The translations under genes and the position numbers were made by a program. DNA of 22,466 nucleotides. Origin: an uncultured Roseivirgaceae bacterium (lineage in GTDB: Bacteria; Bacteroidota; Bacteroidia; Cytophagales; Cyclobacteriaceae). Of this stretch, positions 17,175 to 22,466 are shown one piece after another. The notes below the pieces were generated by a model, which ran no database searches, was not told where the DNA came from, and saw nothing but the letters and a program-made list of their open reading frames with translations. The stretch's first letter is position 1; every line of letters begins with the position of its first letter. The stretch spans positions 1 to 22,466 of the forward strand of contig CAZHZR010000023.1 of the NCBI GenBank assembly GCA_964537095.1, written 5' to 3'.

Positions 17175-17191
17175 ATCTTCGTAAGCATAGA

Positions 17192-17230
17192 ACAGGATTT
17201 GGTCTCCAGACCATATCCTGTATTTTTTCT
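17192..17230 (+). terminator. Strong Rho-independent terminator, a GC-containing hairpin followed by a T-run, 18 nt downstream of the flotillin stop codon.
   Basis: The stem is ACAGGATTTGGTCT (17192-17205) paired with AGACCATATCCTGT (17208-17221), 13 bp with one mismatch. It is followed directly by ATTTTTTCTT (17222-17231). Confidence 0.7.
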
Positions 17231-17255
17231 TAAAATTACTTATTAATACCCCTTT

Positions 17256-20200
17256 ATGGAGAATGAAGAAGCAATAGTACCTGAAGAAAACATGATGGAG
17301 GCAGGTAGTTATGAGATACTGCGTAACCGCCTCACCAAGTCGGGCGCAGACCTCAGTGCGAGGATAAAAAAGCTGAATGAACTGCGCAAAGAAGTCTTCG
17401 GCACAATTGATACCAAGCTGGTAACCACCGATAGAATAAACACGGAACATAATTGTGTGCCTCAGGATATGATCCCCGTCGGCCATTTCTTCATTTTTGG
17501 CTACAATGTACACCTGGGCCTGAAATCCCAGATCGAACTCCCCGACGTTTTCAGCATCTATAGATACAAAGATCATGGATTTCATCAGGAAGATTATACG
17601 TTGATCAACGACGAAACATTCATAGACGACTTCCAAAAACTCTATAAATATTATAAAGACACCCAATTCATAAAATTCTCAAAAGCCGGAAATAATCTGT
17701 ATATGGTATTCCGGATCGGAAAAAGCCTTACGGACATCAAAGCTTTCAAATGGACTTTTTCTGGAGGTAAACTTACTTATATTGATAACAGAAGTGAGCA
17801 TGAATATCGATTTCCAGATCAATATGCTTTTCGCTGGAAACAAGCTACCCGCGACCAGCACAGGCAGGGTGCTCATCCTCACATCAGTATTGAAGACAGA
17901 CTTTTTGTAGAGACAATAGGTGGCGACCTTACCATTAAAATTGAAGACAATACCGAGCAAGGCAAGGGTATTTATACCGAATCTGTAGAAAATAAAGACC
18001 AAACACTGGACGACGCTGATATAAGGTATGCTGTGTTAGGGAATTTGGTTTTATTAAAAATTAAACCTTATCTGGAAGAAAACCATCGACATTTGGTTTT
18101 TAACGCTAAAATCAAAGAGGTAAAAAGAGTTGATGCCATTAAAGATGCGTGTGTATTACTACCAGATGATCAGGGGATTTTGTTTCCAAACGGTTATTAC
18201 CTTCAAACCGGTGAATACAAGCTGTTCGAATTGCAAAATGAAAACATGCTATTCGAAAAAAGAATAGATAGTCCTAATGGCGAAGACTTTCTCTATGTTT
18301 TCTACAACAAACAACAAAGCTTTTACTTGTTGCTCCCGTACAATATCATATCGCAAAAAATTGACACTCCTATTTCATGCCACGGTTTTTCAATATTCGA
18401 GAACGGCGAGATGTGTTTTTTCAAAGGGGAAAATGACCCAAGTATGCACCATGCCATCCAGGTATGGCAGACGCCCTTTGTGGGGCCAAACTTTCAACTT
18501 CATCAATCGCACGATTCCTATTTGTTCAAAGTAGGAAACAAGGAAATTGTAAGAGCCATGGCGGAAGCCAACGAAATTTTCACCCTCATCCATAAAGATG
18601 ACTCCTATTCCGGGTTGTACCACGACCTTGTAAAAGCATCTACAACAATTCTGGACACTTATCATTGGCTGAAAAAAGATGAGACTTTCAGGCTTTCAGA
18701 ACCCCTGCAGGAAATACGAGAGACAGCCAATGCTGCCATCGATGAATTTGAGAAAGTATCAAATATCAAAAACAATACGGAACAACGAGTACTGGAAGTA
18801 TTGGGTGAAGCCGACGAGTTGATCCGAAAAATAAAGATAAAAAAGGCAGAGCATATCTTAGATTATGTTGACAATCTATCCTCAATCAGAAAAATTAGCG
18901 GGGAAGTTATTTCTTTAAAAGATCTAAGATATGTGGATGCAAAAAAAATTGAGGCATATGAGGATGAGCTGGCAAAATTCAGCATCAATGTTTCTACCAA
19001 CTGTGTCAATTTTCTTTTAAAGGACAACGCACTTGTTCCTTATAATAAAAAGGTTGATGAGCTTGGCGGTGCCGTGGAAAAAGCAGGCAAGCTGCTTGAT
19101 ATTACAAAGCTAGAGGAAGAAGCTGCTCAAATTGCCGCTGAGCTAGAGATGCTGATTGAGATCGTTAGCAATCTGAAGATCAATGATGCAACTGAAACCA
19201 CCAGGATCATCGACAAAATATCTGCAATATACGCGAGCTTTAATCAAATTAAAGCCAACATCAGCAGGCGGCGCAAAGAACTGCTGACAATTGAAGGGAA
19301 AGCAGAATTCAACGCACAACTGAAGCTGGTTGACCAAAGTATCATCAATTATATCGATATCAGTAGCACTCCTGAAAAATGCGATGAGTACCTGACCAGG
19401 ATAATGGTACAACTCGAAGAGCTGGAGGGCAAGTTTTCTGAATTTGATGAATATGTAAATAAAGTTGGTGAGAAACGTGAAGAGGTCTATAACGCCTTTG
19501 AATCCCGTAAAATCAATCTGATAGAGGCCAGAAACAAAAGAGCAAATAACTTACAGGAGGCGGCTGAACGTATTTTAAAAGCTGTGAAGAGCAGAATTTC
19601 ACGGTTTAATGAGGTGACCGAGATCAATGGTTATTTTGCGTCAGACCTGATGATTGAAAAGCTGAAAAACATTGTTAAAGAGCTTCAGGATTTGGGAGAC
19701 AATGTCAAGGGTGACGACATCCAAAGCAAGCTCAAGACTGTACGGGAAGATACGGTAAGGCAGTTGAAAGACAAGTCGGAACTTTTCGTCGCCGGCGAGA
19801 ATATTATAAAATTCGGTCCCTTTCAATTCTCTGTAAATACGCAGCCTCTGGAACTTTCCATGGTGAATAAAAATGGCAGGTTATATTTTCATTTAGGAGG
19901 AACTAATTTCTTCGAAGAAGTTGTGAACGAAGAGATATTGCACGCAAAACCAGTGTGGGAACAGATATTAATCTCTGAAAACCCTGATGTTTATCGCGCT
20001 GAGTTTCTAGCTTATGTTATTTTTACTGAAGCAAAAGAAAATCCGGTCGACAGTACGACACTGTTTGAATTATATAAACTTCCCTTTGAAAAGCTACTAA
20101 ACCTGGTGCAGGAAAAAATGGCTACGCGCTTTAGTGAAGGTTATGTAAAAGGGGTTCATGATCTGGATGCAGCGCGAATCCTGCAGGCATTGATTGCCAT

Positions 20201-22190
20201 GTATGAAAACGCCGACCTATTGAGGTATGACACAATCTCAAGGGCATGCGCGATGCTTTTCTGGAGCTTGCAGGTATCGGAAGAAAAGAAAAAGACACTG
20301 CATCATCAATTAAAAGGGGCCGGATATATTTTACAGGTATTCCCAAACACCGACGCATTTGAGGACATCAGACAACTCATTAAATCCGAAATTTCAGATT
20401 TCGTGCTCAGCACAAAATTGTTTGAACCTCATGTAGTTGCGGATGCCACCGAGTTTTTATTTTATGAGTTAACCCGCGACGATAAATTCATTATTCACGG
20501 AGAAGCAGCAAAGCTATATACTGACTTTATCGACTTTCTTAAGAAAAATAATGCCATTGATAAGTATGAGGCCTCGACCAAAGCCTTACAGGAAGATGCA
20601 ATTCTAAAATACAAGCTGATTAAAAGCTGGTTAACCGCCTATGTAGCCACGAACAAAAATAATGAATCTTTTATTTTTCTTCAGGAAACTGCAGTCTTGC
20701 TATTAACGGGAGGATATGACGATAAGCATATAATCAATGTTAAACTTGAAGAAATGCTGGATGGACTCACCGGCTCTCACCCGTTGATTTCAGATAAAAA
20801 ATACCACCTCAACTTTAATTTGTTCCTACAAAAGCTACGCGCTTACTCCCTGGAAGTGGTTCCCAGATTCAGTGAGTTTACTGTACTTAAAAAGAATACC
20901 AGCAGCGAATTTGCGAAAGAACTGAGACTGGATGAGTTCAAGCCCAGGGTCATGTCCAGCTTCGTAAGGAATCAGCTGATTGACAAAGTATACCTACCAC
21001 TTATTGGCGCCAACCTTGCGAAACAAATTGGCACCGCCGGAGAATCTAAAAGAACCGACCTTATGGGTATGTTACTTTTAATTTCTCCGCCTGGGTATGG
21101 AAAAACTACCCTTATGGAGTATATCGCTGACAGGCTAGGTATTGTTTTCATGAAAATTAATGGTCCGGCAATTGGTCATGAAGTTACCTCTGTAGATCCT
21201 TCAGAAGCAAAGAACGCAGGCGCCAGACAGGAACTTCTAAAATTAAACCTGGCATTCGAAATGGGCGATAATGTGATGATTTACCTGGACGACATCCAGC
21301 ATTGCAACCCGGAATTTCTGCAGAAATTCATCAGCTTGTGTGACGGACAGCGGAAGATTGAGGGAGTTTACAAAGGCAGAAGTAAAACCTATGATTTCCG
21401 GGGTAAGAAAGTCTGTGTAGTGATGGCAGGAAACCCTTATACTGAGAGTGGTGAGAAGTTTAGAATTCCAGATATGCTTGCCAACAGGGCAGATATATAT
21501 AATCTCGGGGATATTATCGGCGACAGTGCAGACGTGTTTAATCTAAGCTTTATTGAAAACAGCCTTACCTCCAATCCCACCCTTGGGAAGCTGGCAACAA
21601 AGAGCCATAAAGATGTGCTCACCCTTGTAAAAATTGCAGAAACTGGCTCTAAAGAAGGTTTTACGTTTGAAGCAAATCATACCACTCAGGAGATCAATGA
21701 ATACGTAAACGTGCTTCAAAAGCTATTAAAAATAAGGGATATTATATCGCGGGTGAACCAGGAATATATTCATTCGGCCGGACAGGCTGATGAATATAGA
21801 ACAGAACCGCCTTTTAAGCTCCAGGGATCTTACAGAAATATGAATAAAATAGCAGAAAAAATATCGCCGTTAATGAACGATGAGGAACTGCAGATTTTGA
21901 TTAATAGCCACTATGAAAGTGAGGCTCAAACGCTGACAACCGGGGCGGAAGCCAATCTTTTAAAGTTTAAGGAGATCATTGATATCCTTTCCCCTTCGGA
22001 AAAAAATCGCTGGGAGGAAATTAAGAGGATGTTTCAAAAAAATCAAAAACAAAAAGGCTTTGGCAATAACAACATGGCGATGATGATAGATCAAATTGAA
22101 GGTGTAAATAAAGCATTATTAGGCATTCAACATGCGCTTACCTCCAGCACAAACGGACAGGATGCAACCAAACCTAAAGTCGAAAACTGA
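17256..22190 (+). CDS. Giant (1,644 aa) multidomain protein. It has an N-terminal coiled coil, a beta-rich domain of about 370 aa, a helical/coiled-coil region of about 800 aa and a C-terminal MoxR/dynein-type AAA+ ATPase domain.
   Basis: It is a single uninterrupted ORF. Walker A is LISPPGYGKTTLMEYIADRLG, with GYGKTT at aa 1280-1285 (nt 21093-21110). Walker B is VMIYLDDIQ (aa ~1340-1348, DD at nt 21288-21293). It also has KKVCVVMAGNPYTESGEKFRIPDMLANRADIYNL (aa 1384-1417). This last motif is the NP sensor-1 / 'P..LL.RF' sensor-2 signature of the MoxR/midasin/McrB/dynein AAA+ clade (compare MoxR ATQNP..EGTYPLPEAQLDRF). No GTPase G3/G4 motifs and no SMC hinge were seen. Confidence 0.8.
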   Translation: MENEEAIVPEENMMEAGSYEILRNRLTKSGADLSARIKKLNELRKEVFGTIDTKLVTTDRINTEHNCVPQDMIPVGHFFIFGYNVHLGLKSQIELPDVFSIYRYKDHGFHQEDYTLINDETFIDDFQKLYKYYKDTQFIKFSKAGNNLYMVFRIGKSLTDIKAFKWTFSGGKLTYIDNRSEHEYRFPDQYAFRWKQATRDQHRQGAHPHISIEDRLFVETIGGDLTIKIEDNTEQGKGIYTESVENKDQTLDDADIRYAVLGNLVLLKIKPYLEENHRHLVFNAKIKEVKRVDAIKDACVLLPDDQGILFPNGYYLQTGEYKLFELQNENMLFEKRIDSPNGEDFLYVFYNKQQSFYLLLPYNIISQKIDTPISCHGFSIFENGEMCFFKGENDPSMHHAIQVWQTPFVGPNFQLHQSHDSYLFKVGNKEIVRAMAEANEIFTLIHKDDSYSGLYHDLVKASTTILDTYHWLKKDETFRLSEPLQEIRETANAAIDEFEKVSNIKNNTEQRVLEVLGEADELIRKIKIKKAEHILDYVDNLSSIRKISGEVISLKDLRYVDAKKIEAYEDELAKFSINVSTNCVNFLLKDNALVPYNKKVDELGGAVEKAGKLLDITKLEEEAAQIAAELEMLIEIVSNLKINDATETTRIIDKISAIYASFNQIKANISRRRKELLTIEGKAEFNAQLKLVDQSIINYIDISSTPEKCDEYLTRIMVQLEELEGKFSEFDEYVNKVGEKREEVYNAFESRKINLIEARNKRANNLQEAAERILKAVKSRISRFNEVTEINGYFASDLMIEKLKNIVKELQDLGDNVKGDDIQSKLKTVREDTVRQLKDKSELFVAGENIIKFGPFQFSVNTQPLELSMVNKNGRLYFHLGGTNFFEEVVNEEILHAKPVWEQILISENPDVYRAEFLAYVIFTEAKENPVDSTTLFELYKLPFEKLLNLVQEKMATRFSEGYVKGVHDLDAARILQALIAMYENADLLRYDTISRACAMLFWSLQVSEEKKKTLHHQLKGAGYILQVFPNTDAFEDIRQLIKSEISDFVLSTKLFEPHVVADATEFLFYELTRDDKFIIHGEAAKLYTDFIDFLKKNNAIDKYEASTKALQEDAILKYKLIKSWLTAYVATNKNNESFIFLQETAVLLLTGGYDDKHIINVKLEEMLDGLTGSHPLISDKKYHLNFNLFLQKLRAYSLEVVPRFSEFTVLKKNTSSEFAKELRLDEFKPRVMSSFVRNQLIDKVYLPLIGANLAKQIGTAGESKRTDLMGMLLLISPPGYGKTTLMEYIADRLGIVFMKINGPAIGHEVTSVDPSEAKNAGARQELLKLNLAFEMGDNVMIYLDDIQHCNPEFLQKFISLCDGQRKIEGVYKGRSKTYDFRGKKVCVVMAGNPYTESGEKFRIPDMLANRADIYNLGDIIGDSADVFNLSFIENSLTSNPTLGKLATKSHKDVLTLVKIAETGSKEGFTFEANHTTQEINEYVNVLQKLLKIRDIISRVNQEYIHSAGQADEYRTEPPFKLQGSYRNMNKIAEKISPLMNDEELQILINSHYESEAQTLTTGAEANLLKFKEIIDILSPSEKNRWEEIKRMFQKNQKQKGFGNNNMAMMIDQIEGVNKALLGIQHALTSSTNGQDATKPKVEN

Positions 22191-22242
22191 AGCCCGGTTT
22201 ATTCTTTTTTTATATTATAAGAAATTCAGTGCCATAAATTGC

Positions 22243-22287
22243 AAAAGGCTTTTGAAGTGATTTATCATATCGCCTCAAAAGCCTTTT
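22243..22287 (+). terminator. Perfect 13-bp inverted repeat AAAAGGCTTTTGA / TCAAAAGCCTTTT with a roughly 19-nt loop, about 50 nt downstream of the giant gene stop. It is a probable terminator.
   Basis: The arms at 22243-22255 and 22275-22287 are exact reverse complements. The 3' arm ends in TTTT and is followed by CCGCTTCG. The loop is long, so confidence is moderate. Confidence 0.4.
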
Positions 22288-22466
22288 CCGCTTCGCATCA
22301 GTTTTAAAATCGAACTAGGTATTCGCCTGTACCAGACTACTTGCGCCTACAATGGATGCATCCTGAAAATCAAGGCTCGAGGGCAATAACTTTACTTTGT
22401 TTTGGAAAATCGGCATCAGGTTTTCCTCCATATATCTCTTGGTTGGCTCAAAAATAAGCTTTCCGG

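Noticed and set aside
17142-17666. Minus-strand 174-aa ORF overlapping the flotillin stop, the terminator and the start of the giant gene.
   Set aside because: It overlaps a strong + strand terminator and two confident + strand genes. Its translation has no recognisable features, so it is most likely spurious.
17256-22190. The giant protein as a dynamin-like GTPase, an SMC/RecN-type ATPase or a BREX BrxC/PglY-like defence ATPase.
   Set aside because: The single P-loop is at the C-terminus and has AAA+ features, with sensor-1 NP and sensor-2-like motifs. It lacks the dynamin G2-G4 motifs. It has no ABC signature, Q-loop or hinge. BrxC/PglY carry their AAA+ domain at the N-terminus.

Overview
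This 22.5 kb window looks like chromosomal DNA from a Bacteroidota organism, probably Sphingobacteriia or Chitinophagia. The evidence is a GC content near 40%, no Shine-Dalgarno sequences, many lipoprotein-type signal peptides and GH144-like glycosidases. Thirteen real genes are present; 12 are on the + strand and one regulator is on the - strand. No rRNA, tRNA, CRISPR array or intact mobile element was seen.

Left to right the genes are:
- a 5'-truncated FG-GAP/VCBS-repeat CRTAC1/ASPIC-UnbV-type protein;
- a PAP2-superfamily vanadium-haloperoxidase-like lipoprotein;
- a 7TMR-DISM membrane sensor whose C-terminus is the Zn-ribbon/HTH DNA-binding module of IS1595-type transposases, with no DDE catalytic domain;
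- a probable beta-glucan (beta-1,2-glucan-type) utilisation set: two DUF3131/GH144-like hydrolases, one carrying N-terminal Ig-like domains, plus a GH3 beta-glucosidase;
- an endonuclease/exonuclease/phosphatase (EEP) family protein.

The right half (12.0-22.2 kb) is the most interesting part. A divergently transcribed XRE-HTH regulator with an apparently catalytically dead LexA/S24-like domain faces a co-directional cluster of five genes. These are a YbjN-like small protein, PspA/IM30 (ESCRT-III superfamily), a YqiJ/NfeD-like membrane protein, a 710-aa flotillin (SPFH) and, after a strong intrinsic terminator, a giant 1,644-aa protein. The giant protein has a beta-rich N-terminal domain, a roughly 700-aa helical/coiled-coil middle and a C-terminal MoxR/dynein-type AAA+ ATPase domain. 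I read this as a candidate, apparently undescribed, membrane-stress/membrane-remodelling supermodule: a PspA-flotillin core with a dedicated giant AAA+ partner.

All assignments are by eye from motifs in the supplied translations. No database search was run.
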